A DNA stretch of 64,000 nucleotides from Lama guanicoe. Lineage: Eukaryota. The DNA lies in assembly GCA_013239625.1 (NCBI GenBank), contig MU057332.1:6165001-6229000 (forward strand), written 5' to 3'. A program made the translations under genes and the position numbers. This document shows positions 10,912 to 21,051 of this stretch, in pieces. Each line of letters opens with the position of its first letter. Within the stretch, counting starts at the first letter, position 1. The notes beneath the pieces are model-generated. The model saw only the letters and a program-made list of their open reading frames with translations, was not told the origin of the DNA and did not search any database.

Positions 10912-11519
10912 CTGGAGGGGATGAGAAGGGGTCAGGGCGGCACCTCAGGACAGGCCCTGGAATCCAGGCCCTGGAAGCCCTCCCCTCTGGGGTGCTGAGT
11001 GCCAGCCAGGCTTGTCCAGGGGGGCAGCAGCTTCCCTCAGCTGAGGATGCACTAAAGGGAGGGTCCTCCCTGCCCCCAGAGAAGCAGGTCTGCCTCCATT
11101 CCACACTCAGAACTTGGAGTGTGGGGCTTCCATCCTGTCTGCCTCCATATTATCTAACCTCATTTGGCCTCAACTCTAGGGGTGCTATCCTTCTTCTGAG
11201 CCTTTTCCCCCTTCCCTGAGGCCCCCACACCCCTAAAGCAGCTCAGAGCCCTTGGTCTGGATCCCCTCTCCCAGGCCCAGCTGAGACACCCACCCTGAGA
11301 ACAGCCCTCCCAGGCCTCAGCCTCTGCCATCGTGCCCAGAGGGTAAGAAAGCCCCCCAAAAACATGGACTCAGCCGGCGGAGCTGCTCTGTGCTTGTCCT
11401 TGCAGATGCCAGCTCTCTAAGCCTTTTAATCCCATTAGGAGCTCAACAGCCTAGGAGCAGAGGGGGCGGGGCCGGGGGCAGGAAGAGGTGCGGCTCCCCC
11501 GGCAGCCCTGTGTGACAGG

Positions 11520-11710
11520 CACTGTGCTCATGCTCCCGTGAACACTCAGAGCAGCCTTCTGTTACCCAAGATTAATTATCTATTACCCAGGTGGTGGCGT
11601 CTCCTTTTCACAGATGGGGTGCAGTAAAGTTAGGTGACACGGCCAAGGCTACTAGGCAGCTAGGAAGGGGCAGAGGCAGCCTTCAAACCCAGGTGTGTCT
11701 GACTCCGTAG
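11520..11710 (-). mobile_element. MIR remnant
   Basis: MIR core-like ccttttcacagatggggtgc...ggccaaggctactag...ttcaaacccaggtgtgtctgactcc. Confidence 0.55.
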
Positions 11711-11760
11711 CCCACTTTCGCCCCACCTCTCCTCAGTGCCACCTTCCCTTTGTCACCAAC

Positions 11761-11989
11761 CTTTGAGAGTCTCCTCTGGACAGTCTGCTCCTGATGCAGG
11801 CGTGAGAAGTGGTGGTAGTAAAGGGAGACGTAAGTCATGATGGAGCGCTCATCAGGCTGCAGGGCCGCCACGTCCTCGGGGTCCAGCAGCTGAGCGATGC
11901 CCAGCTCCTGCTCAGCCACGCAGAAAGCACAGTGGAGGTTGTGCAGTGGGCGGTCGGGTCGCAGGGAGCTGTAGTCAAGCAGGTCTGGC
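11761..11989 (-). CDS. SPTBN5: SPTBN5 coding exon (~6), end of CH2 domain
   Basis: gcccag|G CCA GAC CTG ... TCA AAG|gttggt; 229 nt; PDLLDYSSL...AEQELGIAQLLDPEDV...PDERSIMTYVSLYYH (CH2 signature). Confidence 0.96.
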
Positions 11990-12517
11990 CTGGGCGGAGA
12001 GCAGGCAGGGCTCTTCACCGGAGTAATTGATTGCTTGGGTTTAAGTGGACTTGTTAAAAAGCAAACCAGCTCTTACTGATCACAACTGATCATTACCATC
12101 ACAACTGATGTGCATCAGTTTCCCCTGATGATTATTTGAGACCACAGCTGAAGGAATAGGGCTTGGATAGAGAGGGGAGGGTTAATTTTGCTCAGGAGCC
12201 AGGCTCCTGGGTAGGGGGAGAAACTCCAAAAGGTCAAGTACTTGATAGGGAGAGGAATGAAAATGGAATCAGGGTCACAGAGGGTGGAGGAAGGCAGAGA
12301 TTAAAGGCAAACCTGGCCAATTCCATGGAGCGGGGAGAGGTAGCAAAGACCAGGGCCTCAGCTGTCAGCCATCTCTACCTCTGTGCCTAGCACAGGGGCC
12401 AGAGGGACGTGGAAGGATGGGCAGGTTGAGGACCCAAGTCCTGGAGCAATTTGCTCAGTGGAGGGAGGCCTCTGGGAAGGAGTCTGAGGAGGGTGCTGGG
12501 TCCCCCCCGCAATGCAC

Positions 12518-12675
12518 CTGTGGGCATGGATGAGGGCACTGAAGCCGAGCCCATCACTCCAGCTTCGGGAAAAGTCGGTGATGTTGACGTAGGCATAGCC
12601 GGCCGTCTTCCGCTGGCACCAGACCAGCAGGGCTTCCTTGGCGGACAGGAGGGCTGCGCTGGCCCCAAACTCCTC
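12518..12675 (-). CDS. SPTBN5: SPTBN5 coding exon (~5), start of CH2 domain
   Basis: ttccag|GAG GAG TTT ... CAC AG|gtgcat; 158 nt; [53 protein letters not shown] (hand-translated). Confidence 0.96.
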
Positions 12676-14754
12676 CTGGAAGGACAGGGCAGCAGGTCAC
12701 CATGCAGGTATGGGAGAGCAGAGCCTGCAGGAGAGGCAGGCTGGCCACGGTTGGGATCCTGCTCCCCCTACCTGGAGGCGGTATGGACTGCGCTCTCTTC
12801 GTAGCATCTAATTGTACTTGCTTTCACTTAGGGTGGGCAGGGATAAAGGGTGAGACAGAAAGACTCCTTTCAAAGAAGCAAGGTGCTTGAAAGCTGTCGC
12901 CTCTGAGCAGCTGGCTTTGAGTCACAACTGGTGACAACAGCAGCAGTAGCTCTTGTTTCTCTGGCCCTTCTGATGCCCTGGGCACTGTGCTCACCGACCC
13001 TTGGCTGCATGGAATTGAGGCTGGGCTCGTCATGGCAGGCTTCCTGCCAGCCAGGCACCAGGCACACACAAGTGGCTTTTCGCCCTCACAGCCCTCTGAG
13101 GGAGGCACTGTTAGTATTTACTTGCTAAGGACGGCACCATGAGGTGCAGTAAGAGAGATTGGGACACTGCCCTGGGTTCCCCAGCTCATAGGGGAGGGAT
13201 TCTCTTGACCCAGAAATGTCTGACAGAGAGCCCGCCTGTCTGTCCCCTCAATGTCTCAGGCTGGGCTGCTTCTTAGGGCTGGAAAATGAACATCTTTATT
13301 TGGTTTCAATCCCCTCCCACCCGCATATTCCTCTGGTTGATAATTTCCTTTATTCTGCGTCTGCCCACCCACCCCCTCCCCACCCCTCTTCCACTCAGGG
13401 CTTCTTCCCCTCCCCCTTCCCGGCTTCTACTTCTTTCCCTGCCTCCCAGCCTTCCATTCCTCATCCCTGTGGTCCTCAGTGGTTCTCTCCTTCTGTCCAC
13501 TCCTTCCTCACCAATCACACGGCACAGAGTCCTCATCTCCTTTCTCCCCTCTGCTAATTCCTGTTTATAAACTTAGAATGTCAAAGCACAGCGGGCTGCA
13601 TTTCCTTCCCTGCCCTTGGGGCCCCCCCGCAGCCTGGGGAGGAAGGACAGCTGGGTGGCAGCGCAGGGGATGGGGAAGGGGAAAGGGCCCCGGCCTGGAG
13701 CCTGGCTCTGCCACAACCAGGCTGGCCCAGACACCCTGAGCACTGCGCTAGGCTGGCGGACAAGAACCAGGAGAGATTCTGGGGACAAGCATGTGAAGGA
13801 GCAGGGTCAGCCTGGTCCCAGATACACCTGAGTTTGGCAGGGAGCAGGGCCTGAGCAGGCTGAGGGCAAGCAGAGCCAGCTGGGTGGTTGGTGGCCTATC
13901 AGGGGATGATGTGGACCTGCTACTCCCAAGGGAGAGGGCAGCAGCGGCACCTGGAACTGTCTGAGGGGACTGGGTAGGGGAGCAGAGCTTCCTGGAAGGG
14001 CTTGAGGTCAGTGAGAAATTCACCCACCCGTTCATTCGCCACATAGGTGCTAGGCTCTGGGCACGCAGACAGGCAGGGCCCTTGCTTGCCTGGGGCTCAC
14101 AGTCCCATCATGAGTGTCAAGAGTCCTCCTGGATTTGAGCCAAATCTGTGGCTTCTTTTCATTAGGATTCTCCAGGTTGGCTTTCTTAACCTACTGGAAT
14201 CGAGTTTTTGATGGGGTTTTGGAAACCGTGAAACAATAAAAATTGATAAATGTAAAGACTTCATGCATTTACTCTTTCTGACCCAATTGTGGGAAAACAA
14301 GAGGTAGAATGGAGGAAGATGGGGGACCATCTCTTTGGTCTTTAGAATACTAGGGATTTGGAAACCTCCAGGGCTGGGCGTTCCTCTGTGTTTAATTTCC
14401 TCCAGTGGTACATTAAAGGGTAATGAAAGTTACAGGGCTTCAATGCCAAGCAGGGAACAAATTTGGGGGTGAAAGGAAGGTGCTAGGCTGGTATCTTGAC
14501 CCCCTCACTAGTGAATGACTTGTCTCAGATCAGGTTTGAAGCCCCTGAATCTAGTTCTCACTTCAGTATATTACGGTCTCTCTGATATTCTGAATTCTTT
14601 GCCTGCAGTTGAAGAGTGAATGGTCCTTGTGTGGATGGCAAGGGTCTGCTGTGGGATCCTAACAGTTGGGTGGAACTGCTCTGCCCTCAGGGCCCTGAGG
14701 TGAGGCCAGGGCTGGGCTGGGCTGGGTAACTGGGCACTAGGGGCTGAGACATAC

Positions 14755-14871
14755 CCTGTCCAGGGAGATGTGGGAAATCTGGAAACGCAGGATGATGACC
14801 CAGATGAGTCCCAGGATGAGTGTCTGGTCTCCATCCACAATGTTCTCTGGCCCAATGAGAGGTATTGGCAC
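14755..14871 (-). CDS. SPTBN5: SPTBN5 coding exon (~4), end of CH1 domain
   Basis: ccacag|GTG CCA ATA ... GAC AGG|gtatgt; 117 nt; [39 protein letters not shown] (actinin-type actin-binding signature). Confidence 0.96.
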
Positions 14872-15304
14872 CTGTGGGCACAGTTGGCTGGGCTCAGCTG
14901 TGAAGGGCATGCACCAGAGAAGACTCAGAGAAACCAGAGGTCCAGGGTGCCAACTTCTGGATGGGAGGCTCCTAGAATCTGTCTGGCTCCAGGAGGTCCT
15001 CAAGGGAGAAGCAGGCAGGCACAAGGCCAGCAAGCGAAGGCTTTCTAAGTGGTTGGGGCTTCGGCCCCAAGCCCCTCTGAGTGAAGCCCCAACCTGGTGA
15101 ACTGGGCTGGACCACTAGAGTGGGAGGCCTCCCTGTATGTGTGTAAAGCCAGGCCAAGATCAATGAGGAGTTACAACAGTCCATGTATGAGCTCAAAAGA
15201 CAACACCAACAGTCTGCCTCCACCTCCCGGGGCATCTGGGGGAGGGCTTAGTTCTCAGGCTCACACTTGAACCTCAGCCTTCTTCATCCATGTTCCATTT
15301 CCTA

Positions 15305-15432
15305 TGAAATACTCAGATTCTCAAGCTCTACCCAATCAGACTCTCTCGGGCCAGGGCCCAGGAATTTGCATTTGCACCCAGGGCAAACACCTTGGTGGTT
15401 CTTACGTGCACTAAGGTTGAGAACCTGCTGCT
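15305..15432. mobile_element. MER5A-like hAT-Charlie DNA transposon remnant
   Basis: cagattctc...gggcccaggaatttgcattt...ggttgagaacc resembles MER5A (from memory). Confidence 0.55.
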
Positions 15433-16077
15433 CCAGACCTTGCCACTTGGACAGGGAGGGTTGAATCAGGGGAGAAAGGAACAGAATAAACATCAAAGCC
15501 ACACTTGGCCTGGGCCCCCTCACCCTCTGGCTCCATCCTCCTCTTCTGGACCCCACGGCGCCAAGGCTCATGAGATTCTTGCAGTTTCTTGAGATTAAGC
15601 TCAGGCCTTGGGACCTTTGTACTGGCTGCCCCTGCTGTCTGAAAATATTAGCTCCCAGATAGCCCCATGACTACTACCTTCTCTTCTTTAAGTCTCGACT
15701 GAAATACTACTTTCTCAGTGAGGCCTACCCTGGCCCCTTTTAAAAAATCAAAACCTGAGGACTATTCATCTTCCCTAAAGTAACAAGCTTGATCCCCTTG
15801 CCCTGCTCGGTGGGGATCTTGGTTTTGTTCCCTGATGTCTCCCAAGTATCTACACCGTGTCTGGCATATAGCAGGTAACGGACACACACGCACCGAGGAG
15901 AGACCCTCCGTAAGGCCTGGTGGGGAGCTGGCTTCAGCCAACCACCAGACTGGTGGGAGGGGCTGCATTCTGGATACTCCCCCTGGGGACACATTGTTGT
16001 ATCCTCTTGTCTCTAAAGGATCTTCCCATGCTCTGCCCTGTTCCCCTAACAACCCCGAGCCTTTCTGCCTTCTCCTC

Positions 16078-16283
16078 AGCTTGGAGTTGGAGTCTGCTCA
16101 CATCAGCTCATGAGGGCTGATCTTCCCGACTTCAGTGTTTAGTAAGTCGGGTACCAAGGCTTGGTTGGGTACCAAGGCTGCAGAAATCAGCAAATGCTGC
16201 AAACCAGGGCTTTTATCCACCCCCTTCCGATAAACCCTCAAGGCCAGATAACTGGTTGTTAAACATTTACCAGCACACTGCTG
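16078..16283 (-). mobile_element. hAT-Tip100-type MITE (ORSL-like)
   Basis: Terminal ctggttgttaaacatttaccagcacactgctg and internal gaaatcagcaaatgctgcaaaccagggctttt match my recollection of ORSL; internal 13-bp duplication gggtaccaaggct. Confidence 0.6.
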
Positions 16284-17552
16284 ATCTGGGTTCAAATAAA
16301 CCATATTCCCTGAAACCGCAGGCCCCTTGCACTCAGGTCTGGGCTTTGTGCTTGTGGTCCCCAAACCAGGCGTCAGCCCCGGAGCACAAGGCAAGGGCTC
16401 CAGAAATGAGTGCATCCCGCATTCTGCTGCTTATTAACTATGTACTGGGAGCCACAGTTTGACCACAGCTGCCTTATGTGTAGAGCAGAGACAAGGCTGA
16501 CGCTGTCACAGGCTGTCACTGTCACAGGCTGTGTGTCAGTGACATGCTGTCTCTCTGAGCTTGAGGGGGGCTGCAGAGCTTCTGACAAAGGCCACGGGGC
16601 TTCACCCTTCCCAGGTTCCAGAGAGGAGGTAGCTGGCTCACAGGCCACCGTCCCTCTGTGTGGCTGGCAGCCTTTTACTCTCCCATGTGCCTGGGGACTG
16701 CAGTGCTCCTGTCCCTTGCTTTGGTTTCTCACCTTCCTGGCCTCCTTCCAGCATGCCAGCCTCCCAGGGGGCTGACTGTGACCTCCATTCCAGGACATAA
16801 GTGATGGGTACACACACCCAGGCTCAGCCCAGCCGGTTCCAGCTGGGACTTCGCAGTCTCCAGGGACAGCCACCTCATGCTTCAGCACCTGAGGCCAGGG
16901 GCCCCTGGGCTTCCCAATTCTCATTTATATTCTCAATATAAATGACCCCTGAACTGCCCCCTGACTCTGGCCATGAGGTTCCCTCCGTGTCCCTGGAGAT
17001 CTTGTCGCCTTTAAATGACTATTTCTTTCACCTGGTCCTTTCTCTCAGGGTCCCTCCTGTTTGCTGAGGCCCCTCCCTGCTACCTGGTCCAGCTTCTCTG
17101 AGGCAGACCCTGCATCCCTTCCCTCCACGGCCTGGCTCAGTCCCCTGTGTCCAACCCTCAGCCTCCTTCCATGGTCCCACATCCACGATCTGCTGGCCAG
17201 CATGGGTGTTGCCCAGTAAATAATTTCCTCATTTATGAAAAGAAAAGTTTAAGAGTACACTGACTCTCTCAGCGTGGGCTCCAGGGATTCCTTCATCACA
17301 GTTAATTCATGCCTACCCACTGGGGAAGATGGCCGTTCCTGCTCCCACCGGTTGGGAGCTCCCTAGGCTGGGAGAACTGTGCAAGGAAGGGCTTTGCTTC
17401 CTGGACCTGTGTAATCCAGCTGCTCTTCCTGGGTTCTGGCCCCAGATCCTCTGCTCTGCTCTGTGGCCAGCCCAGGAAAGATGATCTAGTCGTCCAGCCT
17501 GGCCGTGTTGCCCACCTCAGAGCACATCCAGAAACCCTCTCCCCAGACCCAC

Positions 17553-17720
17553 CTTGGCCCTGAGGAAGGCCAGAGCTCGGCTGCTGTTCTCCAGGAAGTG
17601 CACACGCATGCGGCCCCGGCTGGGGGGTGGCAGGGCCTCCCCTGAGATGAGCTCCAGCAGCCGCAGCAGGTGGGTGCCATCGGCCAGCTCTGTGAACAGG
17701 TTCTGGATCTTGATTCCCAC
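17553..17720 (-). CDS. SPTBN5: SPTBN5 coding exon (~3), CH1 domain
   Basis: ttccag|GTG GGA ATC ... GCC AAG|gtgggt; 168 nt; VGIKIQNLFTELADGTHLLRLLELISGE...HFLENSSRALAFLRAK. Confidence 0.96.
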
Positions 17721-17962
17721 CTGGAAGGGGATGGGGCAGGCCTGTGGTCAGCCCAGCCTCACCTGTCTGCCCTGTCCCAGGACCTGTGTGGTGCAGCCCA
17801 GAGCATCTGCTCTGAGGAAGGACCACTGGCCTCATCTGTGCCTTGGGGTCAAAAGAAGAGGCCTCAGTCAGATGACCTTACAGTCAGCGCCCCAGTGTCC
17901 ACTGTCCAAGGAGCTGGGGGGACGGCAGAGGTGGGCTGGGAGGCACGCCCAGCTACACTCAC

Positions 17963-18073
17963 CCGGCCATGCTGGAAGATATTGTTGATCCACTTGGTGA
18001 AAGTCTTCTCCTGCATCCGCATGTGCCGTGCCTGCAGCTTGCGAATGTGGCCCATCTCATATGCAGAGTCCAT
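17963..18073 (-). CDS. SPTBN5: SPTBN5 first coding segment (exon 2, from the MDSAYE ATG)
   Basis: Strong Kozak cccACCATGG; MDSAYEMGHIRKLQARHMRMQEKTFTKWINNIFQHGR (QKTFTKW motif); donor CGG|gtgagt; in-frame TGA upstream at 18184-18182, so no earlier in-frame ATG in this exon. Confidence 0.9.
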
Positions 18074-18182
18074 GGTGGGACTGGACTGGGAGAGCCGCCC
18101 CAGGGCTCTGCCTCTGGCCGCCTGCTTCAGGTACCCTGTAGCCCCCAAGGAACTGCTGGGGCCTGTGGGGCTGACCAGCCAT
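18057..18182 (-). other. 41-codon upstream ORF overlapping the SPTBN5 start (MAGQPHRPQQFLGG...)
   Basis: ATG at 18182 lies 109 nt (not a multiple of 3) before ATG 18073; its frame ends at TGA 18059-18057, just inside the main CDS. Confidence 0.75.
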
Positions 18183-18562
18183 CAGACCTGGAGCCCTTTG
18201 GTGTTGAGGGACCACTAGACATTTCCCAAGCTGATGTTGGGGGCGTGGAGGTTGGGGGAGGAGTGGAGATACTGATGACTCCCTGAGAGAGGCGTGTCTC
18301 TGCCGGGGGTGATGGGCCCTTCCCTGTCAGACTGTCCCCACATTTGGTGGGGGGTTGCAGCCTGGAGCCTAGCCAGGTAAGGTCTGGTGCTCCTGGCTGG
18401 TGCCCTGTACTCGAATGGCCCAGGACCCCTTTTGTCCCACCCCACTTTCCGGATTCTTCTTTGAGAGTTCCTGCTGCCAGAGGTTTCCCCAGGACCCCAG
18501 CATCTGGCTGCTGCTCTTTGGGATGAATAGGGCAGGTGGAAGGAAAAGAGGAAACTGCTTAC

Positions 18563-18720
18563 CTTGGTGATGTCCAGGCCCTGGGAGGAGAGCCGGCTGG
18601 ATGGTTGGAGATGGCAGATAGCAGGGGCTGGGTGGGGAGGGACAGAAATCAGGAGAGGCTGAGGCTGGAGCTGGGGCAGCGCCATGGCCCTCCTCCTGAG
18701 CCAGCAGGGCAGGGGTGACA
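18563..18720 (-). other. SPTBN5: putative SPTBN5 first exon (5' boundary unknown)
   Basis: Strong donor ACCAAG|GTAAGC at 18563/18562; candidate acceptor ccaacatcag|CTTGGG at 18230 after a C-rich tract; TSS not determinable. Confidence 0.5.
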
Positions 18721-19927
18721 CACAGCCGGCATTGTTCTCCCACCTGCCATGAGGCGTGGCCCAGACTGGGAGAGGGTGGCTCAAGAATGCTCCAGATCAA
18801 TGTTCCAGGGTCTCCTCCTTCATCATCCTCCACTGCAAGTGCTCCTAGCATTAGGTGGGGGTCCTGGTTCCCAGACACAGAGGCCCATGGGATGGTCTCC
18901 CGTGGCTCTGGGTGGGAGCACCATGGGGGCGCTGCAGTCTGGGTACAAGGCACTGCAGGGTAGAGCCTCTGGTCTGAGCTTCTGCACCCACTTCTTAGGT
19001 TGGGGGTGCCCTTCTGCACCCCTGCAAGGCCTCTTTGTAATCCCCACAGGGGTGGGAATGGCGGTGAGCCCACTGGGCTGTAGCCTTTGCATCCTCTCCA
19101 GGGAGACGCACCACAGACCCAGGGAACCATCGGACCAGGGCTGGGCTTTCCAGGCCCTGATGGAGATGCACCCAACCTAGCCTTCATGTCTGGTGCGCCT
19201 TCATGCATGGGCCACTTTCTGAAGGAGACTCTTCCTGGAAAGGGGTCACCTGGAGTTACAGAGTCCATGGAAATGACAGAGTCTCCTCCAGAATGAGAGA
19301 CACAATGTTCACTCTTTAGGGCCACAGCGAGGCCTAATCACCTGTGCTCCCTCAGGGCTGGCTGGGCCCAGGGCTTGGAGGCAGAGGCTGTGGGGGGCAC
19401 CTAGCAGGCCCCTCTCTCTCCCTCCCTGCAACCTTGGAGCACATGCCAGAGGGAGAGTGAGTTTTAATTCAGGTGGCTTCACAGAACAACCTGACTAAGC
19501 TCAGGGTTACTGTCACTGGGCTGGGACGTGTGTCTGTGGGTTCATCCACTCGGCAGCCCCAGCAACACTTCTCAGGGAGGTGTCCCTGACAGCCGAGGCT
19601 GGCAAGAGGGGCAGCGACCAGAGCCTGCCCTCGAGAGTTGGGCAAGACCCATCACCCCTGAACCACGGCCATGGCTGGAAGTGAGAAGTGCAGTGCTCTT
19701 TGCCCAGGGCATCACGTGTGATGTGACCACCAGAGAGGATGGAGCTGCATGACGCTTTGCACACAGATCTCAACAGAAGTGGTTGTATTTGAGGTTGTTG
19801 AGTGGTGCTGGGGAACTGCTCTTCTTCCTCCCTAGATCAACTGCAGTAAAGCCACTGCACATGCTGCCAGGACTGGCTCATCTTTTGTAGTGACTAATTG
19901 CAGCCCCTGCTGAAATGAGAACCCCTA

Positions 19928-20500
19928 TTGGTCAGTACAGTTTTGGAATATGTGTTGCAAGTAACTGAAATCTCAAGTCAAACGGGTTTAAACAATATAA
20001 AGGGAACATTTTGGCACACATAATGAAAAAGTCTGGCAGGAGGAGGACTTTAGGTGAGGTTTGATCCAGCAGCTGGAATGATGCCATCACAGGCTTGGAT
20101 TCCCTTTGCCTTTCTCAATGCCTCCTTCATCTTTATCCTCCACGGCTCCACAAGGTGGTTGCTGCCAGCCTAACCTCACTCCTTTTCCCCCACCACCTCT
20201 AGGCACTTCTCTTAATGTTATTTATATTGTTGCCTCAATAGGCTCACTTCTTTGCACTGCATGGTTCAGAAAAAAGAGAACATATCTCCCAGGAGTTGGA
20301 ACAGAAGTCTGAGCGGCCTGGCTCTCATAGCCAAAAGTCCATTGCTGAGTAATTTGTGTGAGGGGGGGGATGAACTACTCTAACTGGCTCAAGCCAATCA
20401 GAAGCCATCCTGGAAAGAGTGGGTGGAGTCTATCTCCCCAAACCTCATGGCTCAGACTGAGGGTGGGAAAGTGGGGAGTGTTCTGCAAAAGACATTCCTG
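19928..20500. mobile_element. MLT1 (ERVL-MaLR) LTR relic in the EHD4-SPTBN5 intergenic gap
   Basis: gttgcaagtaactgaaatctcaagtcaaacgggtttaaacaat...ggcacacataatgaaaaagtc resembles old MLT1 LTR ends. Confidence 0.55.
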
Positions 20501-21045
20501 GTCTAGATCACCAGAAGGGTGGATGGTGCCGGAGGAAACCCCAGATGTCTACTATGGGTGGTCCACACCTGTGAGGTGCGGCAAGAGGCAGGAGCAGGGC
20601 CGGCCAGCCAGGGGCTGACCCCAAGCACTACTGTACCCTCAGGTGCTCAGGCCCGCTTCAGCACTGGACAGAGGCCACCTCCTGTGATGTCCTGTCCCCA
20701 GCCTCGGAAGGGTCTCTTCATGGTCCCCTCCAGTCTTGTCTTCTAGTCACTCTCAGTTGGGGCATGAGACTCCCTTGGGGCCTGCTCCCAGACCTGGCCT
20801 CTGCCCCCAGAGATGGAGCTGCTTTCCTGCTGAGGAAGCCTCAGTTTGAGAATCTCCCAACCAGAGAGGATGCAGGAAGGGTTGGGGGTCACAGGGATGG
20901 CATGCAAAAGGGCACACCCTCCCCCAACTCCTCTGCCTTGTTTCAGATGGATCCAAGGGATCCCTGCTTCATTCCCAAGATAGCTGACACACAGTCACTG
21001 GGAAAGCAGAGCCAGTGGGGAAAAGGTAATGATTTTTTTCAGAAG

Positions 21046-21051
21046 TTTATT
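21046..21051 (-). terminator. polyadenylation signal AATAAA (distal EHD4)
   Basis: Canonical hexamer with a U-rich, UGUA-containing upstream stretch and a U/pyrimidine-rich downstream element on the minus strand. Confidence 0.6.

Noticed and set aside
10263-11219. 318-aa plus-strand ORF
   Set aside because: Antisense to the 632-nt SPTBN5 exon; stop scarcity is explained by GC content.
12126-12152. C/D-box snoRNA (TGATGA...CTGA)
   Set aside because: The boxes are only ~15-20 nt apart and antisense to the host transcript.
233-18182. SPTBN5 as a pseudogene
   Set aside because: All 19 traced exons have GT-AG ends, consistent phases and no stops; the only frame problem lies upstream of a strong-Kozak ATG.
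18369-19325. 318-aa minus-strand ORF upstream of SPTBN5
   Set aside because: GTG start, Pro/Gly-rich, no recognisable family, and it runs across the putative exon 1 donor; likely chance.
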